Position numbers and translations under genes: made by a program | Source: Candidatus Latescibacterota bacterium | Lineage (GTDB): Bacteria > Latescibacterota > UBA2968 > UBA8231 | Direction: 5' to 3' | Assembly: GCA_965221775.1 (NCBI GenBank) | Contig: CBDCSU010000005.1 | Location: 704,001 to 768,000, forward strand | DNA length: 64,000 nucleotides | Shown: positions 54,576-64,000 of the stretch, one piece after another | How the letters are laid out: each line of letters begins with the position of its first letter | Numbering within the stretch: position 1 is the stretch's first letter | The notes under the pieces: generated by a model | Told to the model about the DNA's origin: nothing | The model's input: the letters and a program-made list of their open reading frames with translations, nothing else | The model's database searches: none

Positions 54576-56069
54576 TCAGCCCTCGATCCTCTCGAACAGC
54601 GCCGCCACCTCCGCCTCCTTCTCCTCGCTGCGCCTGGAGAGATAGCCCTCGCCGAAGTAGATGGTCAACGCCACCAGGAGCTCCGCCCCCGTGTAGATCG
54701 CGAACTCATCGGTGAACTGTCTCATGATGAAATAGGTGGCGACACCACCGATGAACGACAGGATCGCCCCCCGGGCGGTCGGGCGCTTCCAAATCATCCC
54801 GAACATCAAGGGGATGGCGATCGGTGACAGGAGGCCGCCGAAGAGCTCTATGGTCATCTTGAAGACCTTGTTCATTCCCGGACTCTGGGAGATCACCACG
54901 GCGGTCACCACGACAGCCAGACCGAAGATGGCGGTCATGGCCATTCCCGCCCTGAACAACGCCCGGTCGTCGATCTCACGTCTGAAGTTGCGCTGGTAGA
55001 AGTCCTTGGTGAAGACCGCGGCCAGGGCGTTGATGTCGCTGTCGATCATGGACATGGTCGCCGCGAACATGGAGCATACCAGCAGTCCGATCAGGCCCGG
55101 GGCGAGGGCCGAGAGGATCTTCTGTGTGACCAGGATATATGTCTGATCGAGATCGAACCCGGCCACCGGCTGCAGGGTGGCGGGATCGAAGTGCTCGGGC
55201 AGCAGCAGCGGCGCCGCCCACGCCGGGACGAAGATGACGATGGGATAGAACAGGTAGAGGATCGACGACAGGAGCGCCGCCTTCTGGGCGTTCCTCGGCT
55301 TTTCCACGGACACGAACCGCTGTGCCAGCCCCCAAGTGCCGCCGTTGTAGCTGAGAATGATCACCACCAGGTACACGAGCCAGAAGCTCACGCTGATACC
55401 CTCGGAGGGGTTGAAGAACCCGGCGCGCTCCGGGGGCAGACTGTCCCACATGGCGTTCCAGCCTCCCACCATGTCCAGGGCGATGAACAGCACGGCCAGA
55501 CTCATGACGAGCTGCACGACGAACTGCACCAGGTCCGTGAGTACCGTGGCCCACAGCCCGCCGATGAAGACGTAGGCGATGGTGATCAGACCCGAGACGA
55601 TGATGACCGGCAGCACCTCCCAGCCGGTGACCACGTGGACGATGATCGAGATCGCGAAGAGCTTGAGGCCGAGGTCGATGAACTTGAGGAGAATGCCGGC
55701 GACCGCAATCAGGCCCCTCACGGAATTGCCGTAGCGCTCTTCCAGGTATTCTACCGGCGTCAGGACCTGCAGCCGGGACCATCTCGGCGCCCAGATGAGG
55801 CATCCGATCACCAGCGCCACGAACACGCCAAGGGAGAAGAAGGTCCACATGCTGAACCCCGTGACCGCCGCGCGGCCGGCAAAGCCCACGAATACGACCG
55901 CGCTGTACCCCGACACGTGGTGAGAGATGGCCGCCATCCACCAGGGCAACCCGTGGCCCGCGGCGAAGTACTGCTCCACGTTGCTTGACTTCCGCCTCGC
56001 CACGATGCCGATCCAGGCCATCAATGCGGCGTACACGGCAATCACGACATAGTCGATCTGTGTGAGCAT
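54576..56069 (-). CDS. Sodium:solute symporter
   Basis: YF.AG..LPWW, EYLEERY, GG..A...TD.VQ, AATMS..DS. Confidence 0.92.
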   Translation of the reverse strand: MLTQIDYVVIAVYAALMAWIGIVARRKSSNVEQYFAAGHGLPWWMAAISHHVSGYSAVVFVGFAGRAAVTGFSMWTFFSLGVFVALVIGCLIWAPRWSRLQVLTPVEYLEERYGNSVRGLIAVAGILLKFIDLGLKLFAISIIVHVVTGWEVLPVIIVSGLITIAYVFIGGLWATVLTDLVQFVVQLVMSLAVLFIALDMVGGWNAMWDSLPPERAGFFNPSEGISVSFWLVYLVVIILSYNGGTWGLAQRFVSVEKPRNAQKAALLSSILYLFYPIVIFVPAWAAPLLLPEHFDPATLQPVAGFDLDQTYILVTQKILSALAPGLIGLLVCSMFAATMSMIDSDINALAAVFTKDFYQRNFRREIDDRALFRAGMAMTAIFGLAVVVTAVVISQSPGMNKVFKMTIELFGGLLSPIAIPLMFGMIWKRPTARGAILSFIGGVATYFIMRQFTDEFAIYTGAELLVALTIYFGEGYLSRRSEEKEAEVAALFERIEG

Positions 56070-56278
56070 GTGCCTTTCCTGTTGGAGGCCGAACTTTTGT
56101 TGGGAGTCCCCGCAGGGGACGGATAAGAGGGCTCTTGCCGGGTACCCTGTCAAGACGCCAGGGCGGAACCCGTTGTGAAGCCTGAGCGCGGGTCACCCGC
56201 CACCCGAGCCGGCAGGCCGCGCGCCCCGACGACCTTCCGCTATTGCTGGCGCACCCACTCGCCCCTGAGGAAGTACGG

Positions 56279-57976
56279 CTATGGCTGCCGAAGCCGCTCG
56301 CTCACCTGCCCCAGGTAGTAGCGGGCCTGCGCGTGGTCGGGATCCGCTTCGAGGGCCTGGCGAAAGGCCCGCGCCGCCTCCTTCAGCTTCCCCTGGCGAA
56401 TACGGACCACGCCGACGCCGTTCCAGGCGCCGGCATTCTCCGGGTCCAGGGCCAGCATCTGCTCGAACGCCTTCAGTGCCCCGGGCCACGAACCCCGCTG
56501 CAGATGGACCCCGCCCAAGTTGTACCAGGCCTTCAGGTACGCCGGCTCGAGCGCCACCGCCTGCTCGAATGAATGGCGGGCCTCGTCCCAGTCCCGTTGC
56601 CGGACCTGCACGAGCCCCAGGTTGTGCCAGGCCATCGCGTAGTCGGGGTAGATCTCGAGAGCGGAACGGTTGAACGCCTCGGCACTGTCGAGACGCCCGG
56701 CCTCCGCGTGCATCCGTCCCATCCCCAGGTGCGCCCGGGCGCTGCGGGGGGCGGACTGGTGCTGCGCCCGGTAGAAGCTCTCGCCGTCGGCCCAGGTAGA
56801 GTTGCGCGCCACCGTCAGAACCACATAGGCGCACAGCAGTACCAGGCCTCCTGCCCAGACTCCCCGGCCGCAGCGCTGTGCCAGCCGCCAGATACCCCAA
56901 CCCAGCAGCACGCAGAACACGGCGGATGGGACGTAGATCAGCCGTTCCGCCATGATCGTCGGCACCAGCACCAGGAAGTTGCTCGTCGGCGCCGCCAGGA
57001 TCGCATAGCTCCCCACCCCGAAGGCGACCATCGGCGACCGGTGCCGCAGGCGCCAGGCCGCTGCGGCGGCGATGAGCACCGCCGCCAGGAAGCCGGCCGC
57101 TCCCCCGTCCAGCGGACCGCTCACCAGCGGGATCTGCGCATGGGAGTAGTCCGAGGAGAGCCCCAGGGGCCAGACCAGCAGCCGCAGGTAGGCGAACTGC
57201 ACGGAGGCCGCCGTCAGCACCCGCTCGTGCGGTGCGGCATCCACCAGGGGATTGTCCAGCGCATGGATCTGGCTGTCGGTGGGCCCGAGGACCGCATGGC
57301 GAAGAACCAGCCAGCCCACCAGGACCAGGACGTATCCGCCATAGACACGCCAGCGCGCCTTCAGCGGCTGACCGGTGCGGAAGTCCAGCCACAGGGCGAC
57401 GAAGAGCCAGGCGGCGGCCGACTCCTTGCCAAGCAGGGAGAGCCCGTAGAGCGCGCCGGCCCCGATCCACTTCCCGCGGCGGTGCAGGAGCAGGAAGGAC
57501 GCGCCCAGCAACATGGCGAGGGGCTCGGCTCGGCCGGTGATGAAGGCCACGGCCTCGGTGTGGACCGGATGGGCGGCAAAGAGCAGAGCCGCGGCGAGAG
57601 CGGCGGGAAGGGCCAGGCCCAGCCGCAGTACCAGGAGAAGGAGCGCACAACTGGCGCCCGCGTGCAGCGCCACATTGACCAGATGGAACCCGACGGCGTG
57701 CGCGCCGGGCAGCCTCAGGGACTCGTTGGCCCGGTAGTTGAGCGCCAGGGTCCAGACCGTGAGAGGGCGGTAGTGGTGGGAGTGGAGGACCTCGCCCCAG
57801 TAGCGGCCGGCCAGGATCCGGTCCAGCCGCCACGGGTCGTGCATCAGCTCGTTGGCGGGGATCAGCTTGCGGTCGTCGTAGACCAGCTCGTTGCCCAGCG
57901 AGTTGACGTACACCCCGCAGGCAACGAGGGCCGCCAAGGTGAGGGCCATCCACCGGCGGCGGTCGGCGTCAGCCAC
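56279..57976 (-). CDS. TMTC-like membrane glycosyltransferase with C-terminal TPR repeats
   Basis: NSL.N..VYDD, YRPL, HPVHTEAV..I.GR, KE, AERLIY.P, RN..W and TPRs; start GTG 57976 assumed. Confidence 0.8.
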   Translation of the reverse strand: MADADRRRWMALTLAALVACGVYVNSLGNELVYDDRKLIPANELMHDPWRLDRILAGRYWGEVLHSHHYRPLTVWTLALNYRANESLRLPGAHAVGFHLVNVALHAGASCALLLLVLRLGLALPAALAAALLFAAHPVHTEAVAFITGRAEPLAMLLGASFLLLHRRGKWIGAGALYGLSLLGKESAAAWLFVALWLDFRTGQPLKARWRVYGGYVLVLVGWLVLRHAVLGPTDSQIHALDNPLVDAAPHERVLTAASVQFAYLRLLVWPLGLSSDYSHAQIPLVSGPLDGGAAGFLAAVLIAAAAAWRLRHRSPMVAFGVGSYAILAAPTSNFLVLVPTIMAERLIYVPSAVFCVLLGWGIWRLAQRCGRGVWAGGLVLLCAYVVLTVARNSTWADGESFYRAQHQSAPRSARAHLGMGRMHAEAGRLDSAEAFNRSALEIYPDYAMAWHNLGLVQVRQRDWDEARHSFEQAVALEPAYLKAWYNLGGVHLQRGSWPGALKAFEQMLALDPENAGAWNGVGVVRIRQGKLKEAARAFRQALEADPDHAQARYYLGQVSERLRQP

Positions 57977-58199
57977 CCCTATGTGCCAGCGGATCGCCAG
58001 GATGCTCCTTGATGGAGTCGGACACTCTCGGGCACGGGGTGTCAGATCGGGACTTGCGGTGGTCGGCAGGAGGAGCGGGGGTTCGACCGTTCGGGCAGCG
58101 TGTTGTACCGGCTGACCAGTCTTGAAGAGAGGGCTTGGAATGTATCGGGCTGCCTGCGAACCGTCCAGCCTTCGGGAAGGGAGCAGACAGCGCGTCGAG

Positions 58200-58428
58200 T
58201 CCCGGTGGACACTACATTCTGCATCTTGGAGGTGAGCATACGACACGCACGTCGATGGTGCGTTCCACCGACGGCGGGGAGACCTGGCACTCGCAGGTAA
58301 CGCCTCACCCGTACGCCGGGAACGGTTGCGCCATCGCCCAGACCGCCGACGACGGCCTGGACCACGACATGGGCTACCCGAGCTCGGTGCAGTTGCCGGA
58401 CGGATCGATCTTCACCAGGTACGACTGA
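58200..58428 (+). pseudogene. Remnant of a BNR/sialidase-like gene
   Basis: RSTDGGETW Asp-box joined almost directly to the C-terminal DMGYPSSVQLPDGSIFT motif; no credible start. Confidence 0.6.
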
Positions 58429-58433
58429 TCACA

Positions 58434-59444
58434 GTGCCGAAGAAGCGGATAGCGATTGTGGGGGCCGGGAACATGGCGCGGACACGGGGCCAGGCGTTTC
58501 TGGACACCGGCCGTGCCGAGATCTGCGGTGTCGCCGCCCGCCGCGCAGAGCGCGCCGGGAGCTGCGCCGCCGAGTTGGGGTGCGACGTCTTCTGCGACGA
58601 CTTTCGCCGTTTGGCAGAGACCGCACCGGACGCGATCCTGATCGAGGTTCCCCATCGCGTGCAGGACGAGGTCTCCCTGTGGGCGCTGGATGCCGGTTTC
58701 GACCTGCTCGTGGGCGGATCTCTGGCTTCGAGTGTAGAGAGTGGGCGCCGCATCGTCGCAGCAGCCACGCGGTACCGCCGGGTCGTGGAGGCCGGGTTCC
58801 AGCGCCGTTACGACCCCGCCTGGGAGGAGATCCGGCGCCTGGTGACGGGAGGGGAACTGGGCCCCCCGGTGATGGCCGTCACCATGGCCCTCTGGAACGC
58901 GGACCCGGGCGCCTGGTACTACGATCAGGAGGCGAGCGGCGGGATGCCCCTGACCCACATGAGCTACTGCTATCTGAATGCGGTCCGCTGGATCCTCGGC
59001 CGGCCGACCACCGTTTCCGCCCTGGCCAACCGCGTGCGGAACACGGCTCCCGGCCACGTCGCGGAAGAGACCTGCGGGGCCCTCATCGCCTTCGAGAACG
59101 GCGCCTTCGTGTCAGCGACGGCAAGCTACATCGGCCCGCAGGGCATGCCCGACCCGCAGCCGCGGTTCATCTGCGCCGACGGCGGCGTCCTGCCCAATGG
59201 CGACAGCCCTCCCGGCAAAGACTCCATCACCCTCTTCCGCGGGGGCCGCTCCGAGGTCCGCTCCTTCGCGAGCGAGCCCTCCCCCTTTGTCCGGCAGGCA
59301 TCCGCATTTCTCGATGCCCTCGAGAACCGCCGCGAGGCCCGCAATCCGCCGCAAGATGCCCTGCTGGACGTGGAGATCGCCGCAGCCGTCTCGGTCTCGG
59401 CCAGGGAGCACAGGACGGTCTCCCTGGTGGAAGCAACCGCCTAA
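58434..59444 (+). CDS. Gfo/Idh/MocA oxidoreductase
   Basis: IAIVGAGNMA, GFQRRY, SGG; the usual EKP motif is replaced by GGS. Confidence 0.82.
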   Translation: MPKKRIAIVGAGNMARTRGQAFLDTGRAEICGVAARRAERAGSCAAELGCDVFCDDFRRLAETAPDAILIEVPHRVQDEVSLWALDAGFDLLVGGSLASSVESGRRIVAAATRYRRVVEAGFQRRYDPAWEEIRRLVTGGELGPPVMAVTMALWNADPGAWYYDQEASGGMPLTHMSYCYLNAVRWILGRPTTVSALANRVRNTAPGHVAEETCGALIAFENGAFVSATASYIGPQGMPDPQPRFICADGGVLPNGDSPPGKDSITLFRGGRSEVRSFASEPSPFVRQASAFLDALENRREARNPPQDALLDVEIAAAVSVSAREHRTVSLVEATA

Positions 59445-60388
59445 GCGTCCGCCCACTTCCGGTACTCCTCCAAGGCGTCTTCACGGCCCACAAAGGGCTT
59501 GAAGACCACGCGGGCACTGTAGCCATACTCGGTCAGCGGTCGACAGTCCCTGATGAGGATGGAGAAGTCCCACGCCGGATTGTTCAGGCCTCCCCCTCCT
59601 GGCGCGACCGCGAACCGAAGGGACTCGGTGCTCCTGAACATCATCTGGAGCATCATGTTGCGCCAGCGTCCGTAGAAGAACGGATCGATGTATCGAGCAG
59701 GCCGGATGTTGTGGAACAACCGGCCCCGTGGATCGGGTTCGCCTTCGACCAGGGCATCCGCTTCACTCGCGAAGACCGGCCCGTGCGCCGGTTGCTCCGC
59801 CAACGATTCGACCCACTCCTCCGGGCCACTGCTGTCCCTGCGACCGAGGAAGCAGGTGTTCTTGTCCTCGGGCTCGTGGATGTAGCTCGCCCAGAACAGC
59901 CCCAGCCAGTCCCCCTCGAAGGAGCCGGGATGAGCGACGTACGTGGTTTCCAGATCGATGTAGTGAGGTGGAACGAGGGTGAAGATCGTGCTGACCTCGA
60001 TGCGGTGCGGTTCGGGGATGGAGGTCGTCAGCTGCACCGAGTTGTCGTCGAGCCGGGTGAGTCGGCTCGGCGTCGGCGGGGTCCCGAGCTTGCCCCCGAG
60101 CCAACGGGGGATCATCGACCGGCCGTTCCGGTCATAGATGAACTCGAAGTTGAGGCTGCTGGAGTACGATGACCGGAAGATGTTCTCCTCGGGGCCGCGG
60201 CGGCTGTAGAGCTGACGCACCCCGTTGTAGCCGTTCGCCCGTTCGAAGGGGAAAGCGACGTCGTCGAATCGCCCTTGCTTGTTCGCTCGATAGAGCTCGT
60301 CAACCCGCCTTTGCGGAATACCTCCGCCGTCGTCGTTGTCCACCACTTCGACGAAGAGGTCGCCGTCGATGAGAAACTGACTTGCCAT
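59441..60388 (-). CDS. Conserved-type hypothetical protein (beta-rich)
   Basis: GAGGAGG RBS; GYNG, LNFE, LFWASY, GGG..NPAWDF. Confidence 0.7.
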   Translation of the reverse strand: MASQFLIDGDLFVEVVDNDDGGGIPQRRVDELYRANKQGRFDDVAFPFERANGYNGVRQLYSRRGPEENIFRSSYSSSLNFEFIYDRNGRSMIPRWLGGKLGTPPTPSRLTRLDDNSVQLTTSIPEPHRIEVSTIFTLVPPHYIDLETTYVAHPGSFEGDWLGLFWASYIHEPEDKNTCFLGRRDSSGPEEWVESLAEQPAHGPVFASEADALVEGEPDPRGRLFHNIRPARYIDPFFYGRWRNMMLQMMFRSTESLRFAVAPGGGGLNNPAWDFSILIRDCRPLTEYGYSARVVFKPFVGREDALEEYRKWADA

Positions 60389-60478
60389 GCAGGAGTCCTC
60401 CTCAGCCCACGTCGCCGCGTCGGGGGAAATTCCCCGCTTCGGCGACAGTGATTCGTCCGTCACGCTCCAGTCTTCCCA

Positions 60479-61576
60479 TCACTGTTCCTCTGCGATGCGC
60501 TTCACCAGCGACTGCATGTCGAGGCGCCCGTCCCTGTTGGTCTGCACGGCGATCGTCACCCCCGAAGATGCGTGGTGAGTCACGTGGGTGCGGTAGCCGG
60601 GCCACAGGCCACCGTGGCCGAAGCTCGTCCCGCCGTCGTACACGAAGAGACCGAAGCCATAGTGCCAGCCGGGCGTGGCCGGGTCGCGCCAGCCGCCGTG
60701 CAGCATCCGGGCGAGGCTCTCCGGCTTCACGATGCGGCCCTCGGTCAGGGCGCCGTAGAACTCGACGAGCATCGTCGGATTCGTGGTGAGCCCGCCTCCG
60801 GTCCACTCGGAAGAGGGATCGATCTTCATGGTGCCGTCCTTCCTCAGGTTACGGGCCCCTCCCATGTAGCCGGGCGTGATGTCGGGCAGGACCGACCGGT
60901 CCTGGAGCCCGATCTGGTGCAGGCCCTGGGGCTCGAGGATGCGCTCCCGGAGCAGATCGTAACAGGCGCGGCCCGTGGCCGCCTCGATCAGACGTCCGAG
61001 GACGAGGTATCCGGAGTCCGTGTACGAGAATCCCTCTCCCGCCGCGAACAGGGGTTTGCGTCCGGCGAAGGCGATCAGCTCCTCCGGCTCGAAGCGGATC
61101 GTGCCGTGGCGGATCGCGCGATAGATCGATTTCAACCGGTAGCGGGCCGATCGCGGGTAATCGCCGATCCCGGCGGAATGCGACAGCAAGTGTCGGACGC
61201 GGATGTCGTCCGCGTTGGGCACCTTCCTGTACCACGACTCGCCGTCCAGCCACTTCGAGGCCGGATCGTCGAGGGTCAGCACGCCGTCCTCCACCAGCAA
61301 CATCGTCAGCGCCGCGACGAAGGTCTTGCCCGTGCTCCCGCCCGGCATGCGCACCGTGTCGTCGAGTGGGATCTCCTCTTCCACGTCGGCGAGGCCCACG
61401 GAGGCGCGCACGATGCGGCCGTCGGCAAAGCGCACGGCGGCCCTCAGGCCGGGCATCTTCATCTCGGCGCGCGCGTCCTCGAGCAGCGCCGCGAGGGCAG
61501 CCTGGTCCAGCGCGAAGGCGGGCGGGCAGCAGGCGAGCAGGGCGATGGACAGGTATTTCCCCATGGCCTTGGGCAT
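60479..61576 (-). CDS. Serine hydrolase, beta-lactamase/D-Ala-D-Ala peptidase family
   Basis: Signal peptide; GSTGK (SxxK), LLSHSAG, FSYTD, GHGG. Confidence 0.88.
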   Translation of the reverse strand: MPKAMGKYLSIALLACCPPAFALDQAALAALLEDARAEMKMPGLRAAVRFADGRIVRASVGLADVEEEIPLDDTVRMPGGSTGKTFVAALTMLLVEDGVLTLDDPASKWLDGESWYRKVPNADDIRVRHLLSHSAGIGDYPRSARYRLKSIYRAIRHGTIRFEPEELIAFAGRKPLFAAGEGFSYTDSGYLVLGRLIEAATGRACYDLLRERILEPQGLHQIGLQDRSVLPDITPGYMGGARNLRKDGTMKIDPSSEWTGGGLTTNPTMLVEFYGALTEGRIVKPESLARMLHGGWRDPATPGWHYGFGLFVYDGGTSFGHGGLWPGYRTHVTHHASSGVTIAVQTNRDGRLDMQSLVKRIAEEQ

Positions 61577-61653
61577 GCGAGATACAGAGGGTTCTATCTT
61601 GATTCCCTGTCAAGCCGATCCCGCGCCCAGGCCACGCCAACCTGGAGGATGTC

Positions 61654-63693
61654 ATGAACGGACAGAGCCGGCCCGTATCCCCGCCGGAATACGAGGTGAG
61701 ACTGGAACGCCGGGTGCGCATGCCCATGGGCGACGGGGTCGAGCTGGCGGCCGTGGTCGCCCGCCCCGACACGTCCGGGGAGTTTCCGGCGATCGTCGCG
61801 TACAACCCCTACCGCCGGCTGCCCGGTATCGAGGCCCACGTCTCCGAGAGCGGCTACGACCACCGCCGGCACGGACCCGCCTGGTTCGCCCGCCGCGGCT
61901 ACGCCGTCGTCTCCTTCGACGCCCGCGGCACCGGGAACTCGGGGGGCTCCACGACCGACATCTACTCGGAGCGGGAACGGCGGGACGGGTACGAGGCGGT
62001 GGAGTGGGCCGCCGCCCAGCCGTGGTGCAGCGGCGCCGTGGGCATGTGGGGCATGTCCTTCGGCGGCGTCGTGCAGTGGCAGGTGGCGGCCCAAAGGCCG
62101 CCCCATCTCAGGACCCTGGTGATGGGCTCCTCGAACACCGACGTCTACCTCGACTGGACCCATCCCGGCGGCTCGATCCGCCCCTACATGTTCGACAGCT
62201 ACTCGCCGTTGATGACGGCCTACAACTTCGCTCCCCCCGACGTGGAGATCGCCGGGCCCCTGTGGGAGGAGCTGTGGCATGAGCGCCTGGAGAGCAACGT
62301 CCCCTGGGGCATCGGCTACATCACCCATCCGCTGCAGGGACCGTACTGGCAGGAGCGTTCCCTGGAGCCGGACTACAGCCGCGTCGAGGTGCCGGTGCTG
62401 TTCTGGTGCGGCTGGGCCGATCCCTACCCCACCCCGATCCTGCGGGCGTTCTCCCGGCTCGACGTCCCGAAGAAGATCCTGCTGGGGCCGTGGGGCCACT
62501 ACTGGCCCGAAGAGGCCCTGCCCGGTCCCCGGATCGACTTCCGCCACGAGATGCTGAAGTGGTACGACCGCTGGCTGAAGGGGGAGGAGACCGGCGTGAT
62601 CGATGAGCCCGCCGTCTCCCTCTTCGTGCGCAAATACAAGGAGCCGGCGGCGCACATGTACCTCGAGGACGCCGGGTTCTGGAGATCGGAGGAGGAGTGG
62701 CCCCCGGCGCGAAACCGGGATACCCCCTTCTACTTCCACGCCGGGGGAGAGCTCGGCCGCGAGGCTCCGGACTGCGAGAGTTCCGCGAGGGAGTACACAT
62801 ACAACCCGGCTGTCGGCATCACCGCCGGCATCTACTGGGGCGGCGGCATCATGCCCTGGGCCATGCCGGTCGACCAGCGCCTGGACGAGGCCCTGTCGCT
62901 GACCTGGAGCACTCTCCCGCTGGACGGGGATCTGGAGGTCACCGGAATTCCGGTGGCCATGCTGCACGTCTCATCCAGCGCCGAGACCGCGTACTTCCAC
63001 GTGAAGCTCACCGCCGTCGCCCCGGACGGTACCTCCAAGTGGCTGACCGACGGCGGCCTGCTGGGGACCCACCGAGGCTCGCATTCGAGTCCCGAGCCGA
63101 TGGAGCCGGGGAAGGTCTACGAGCTGCGCATCGAGATGAAGTACGTCTCCTACCTCTTCGAGAAGGGCCACCGCATCCGCCTGAGCGTGGCCGGCGCTGA
63201 CTTCCAGAACGCCTGGCCCACCCCGCTGGCGGCGGTCAACAGCGTGCACTGCAGCCGGGACTGTCCGTCGAGGGTTGTTCTGCCGGTGACGCCGGCGCGA
63301 GACCGATCGCTGCCGGAGCCCGCATTTCACGCCTCGCCGCGGACCCCGGCGGCGATGGAGGACCTGCCCCCCAGCCGGCACGAGATCACCCACGACCACG
63401 TGGCCGGCACGGTGACCGCCGAACTGGCGCGGGGCAGCACCGGGAGCGCGGTGGCCGGGCGGGCCTGGTCGAGATATACGGTGTCGCCGACGAATCCGGC
63501 CGAGACGGTGCTGAAGGCGGGATACGTGTACGAGCCGCCCCATCCGGAGAAGCGGATCGTCGTCGAGGCGAAGGAGGTCCTGCGAAGCGACGCGGAGTCG
63601 TACCACTTCTCGACGGAGGTGGTGGTGACCGTCGACGGGGAACGCTACTTCGACAAGAGCTGGAGCGTCACCGTGCCCAGGGAGCTGGGGTGA
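61654..63693 (+). CDS. CocE/NonD family hydrolase
   Basis: M.DGV.L, D.RG.G.S.G, GMSFGG, GWAD, GPWGH. Confidence 0.9.
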   Translation: MNGQSRPVSPPEYEVRLERRVRMPMGDGVELAAVVARPDTSGEFPAIVAYNPYRRLPGIEAHVSESGYDHRRHGPAWFARRGYAVVSFDARGTGNSGGSTTDIYSERERRDGYEAVEWAAAQPWCSGAVGMWGMSFGGVVQWQVAAQRPPHLRTLVMGSSNTDVYLDWTHPGGSIRPYMFDSYSPLMTAYNFAPPDVEIAGPLWEELWHERLESNVPWGIGYITHPLQGPYWQERSLEPDYSRVEVPVLFWCGWADPYPTPILRAFSRLDVPKKILLGPWGHYWPEEALPGPRIDFRHEMLKWYDRWLKGEETGVIDEPAVSLFVRKYKEPAAHMYLEDAGFWRSEEEWPPARNRDTPFYFHAGGELGREAPDCESSAREYTYNPAVGITAGIYWGGGIMPWAMPVDQRLDEALSLTWSTLPLDGDLEVTGIPVAMLHVSSSAETAYFHVKLTAVAPDGTSKWLTDGGLLGTHRGSHSSPEPMEPGKVYELRIEMKYVSYLFEKGHRIRLSVAGADFQNAWPTPLAAVNSVHCSRDCPSRVVLPVTPARDRSLPEPAFHASPRTPAAMEDLPPSRHEITHDHVAGTVTAELARGSTGSAVAGRAWSRYTVSPTNPAETVLKAGYVYEPPHPEKRIVVEAKEVLRSDAESYHFSTEVVVTVDGERYFDKSWSVTVPRELG

Positions 63694-63696
63694 GGG

Positions 63697-64000
63697 TCAA
63701 TAGAGGCCGGTATGGAAGTTCAGATCGCGGATCAGCGCGAAGGTGTTTATGCACCGGACATTGAATTCACGACTTACGTCAGGCAACCTCCGGTTTGCCC
63801 GGGTTCGGCTTGGCCTGGAATGCTCGGTAGTTACGACGCATCTCTTCTGGATGTCCACGAGAGCGTAGGCAACCAGAAACGGGTCGCGTCCAATCTCCTC
63901 AACCTCCTCATCGGTCAGATCCCTGCCATACCCCTGCTCGGTGATGCAGGCCACCAAGTCCACCCCAGCCTCTTCATCAAGTACGATGGCATTCCTGTTT
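63697..64000 (-). CDS. DUF4411-like PIN-fold protein (partial, runs off right edge)
   Basis: DPFLVAYA..VVTTE..LPDV...FNV.CI..F..IR.L.F; frame open to the window end; lower GC. Confidence 0.7.
   Translation of the reverse strand, partial: NRNAIVLDEEAGVDLVACITEQGYGRDLTDEEVEEIGRDPFLVAYALVDIQKRCVVTTEHSRPSRTRANRRLPDVSREFNVRCINTFALIRDLNFHTGLY

Noticed and set aside
58160-58190. SRP RNA-like GGAAGGGAGCAG
   Set aside because: Lacks the CAGG..CC-GNRA-GG helix-8 arrangement and the long enclosing stem.
60479-61576. Antibiotic-resistance beta-lactamase
   Set aside because: Generic SxxK serine hydrolase without class A/C signatures or mobile context.

Overview
GC-rich bacterial chromosomal window. Four C-terminal FlgD-Ig/'(Y)PNPF' sorting-type domains, PhyH dioxygenases, Asp-box and FG-GAP proteins and an internalin-like LRR protein suggest an FCB-group organism such as Latescibacterota, possibly host-associated (inference only). 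Four blocks: (1) 863-11317, a co-oriented operon with a beta-helix protein, two CotH kinases, DUF4956, HlyD, TolC and a VTC-domain protein, a candidate polyphosphate export/extracellular phosphorylation system; the second CotH gene is split by one in-frame TAG. (2) 11372-16301, an HTH-WYL regulator followed by small ORFs, a PD-(D/E)XK-like protein and a double-AAA+ ATPase, with two TGCGAC-N7-GTCGC boxes at PafBC/DriD-like spacing from -10 elements. (3) 30042-39397, a type I restriction-modification locus (hsdR-hsdS-hsdM) in which each inserted cargo gene is followed by a degenerate copy of the end of the upstream gene; it also has a Phd-like tail fused to HsdS and a lower-GC nuclease cassette between two Phd paralogues. 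(4) Catabolic and transport genes, several with non-canonical catalytic motifs. Also present: a degenerate ~75-bp intergenic tandem array (26214-26640), gene remnants and a frameshifted outer-membrane gene. No rRNA, tRNA, CRISPR array, integrase or transposase was recognised. All family assignments are from motif recognition by eye, not database searches.
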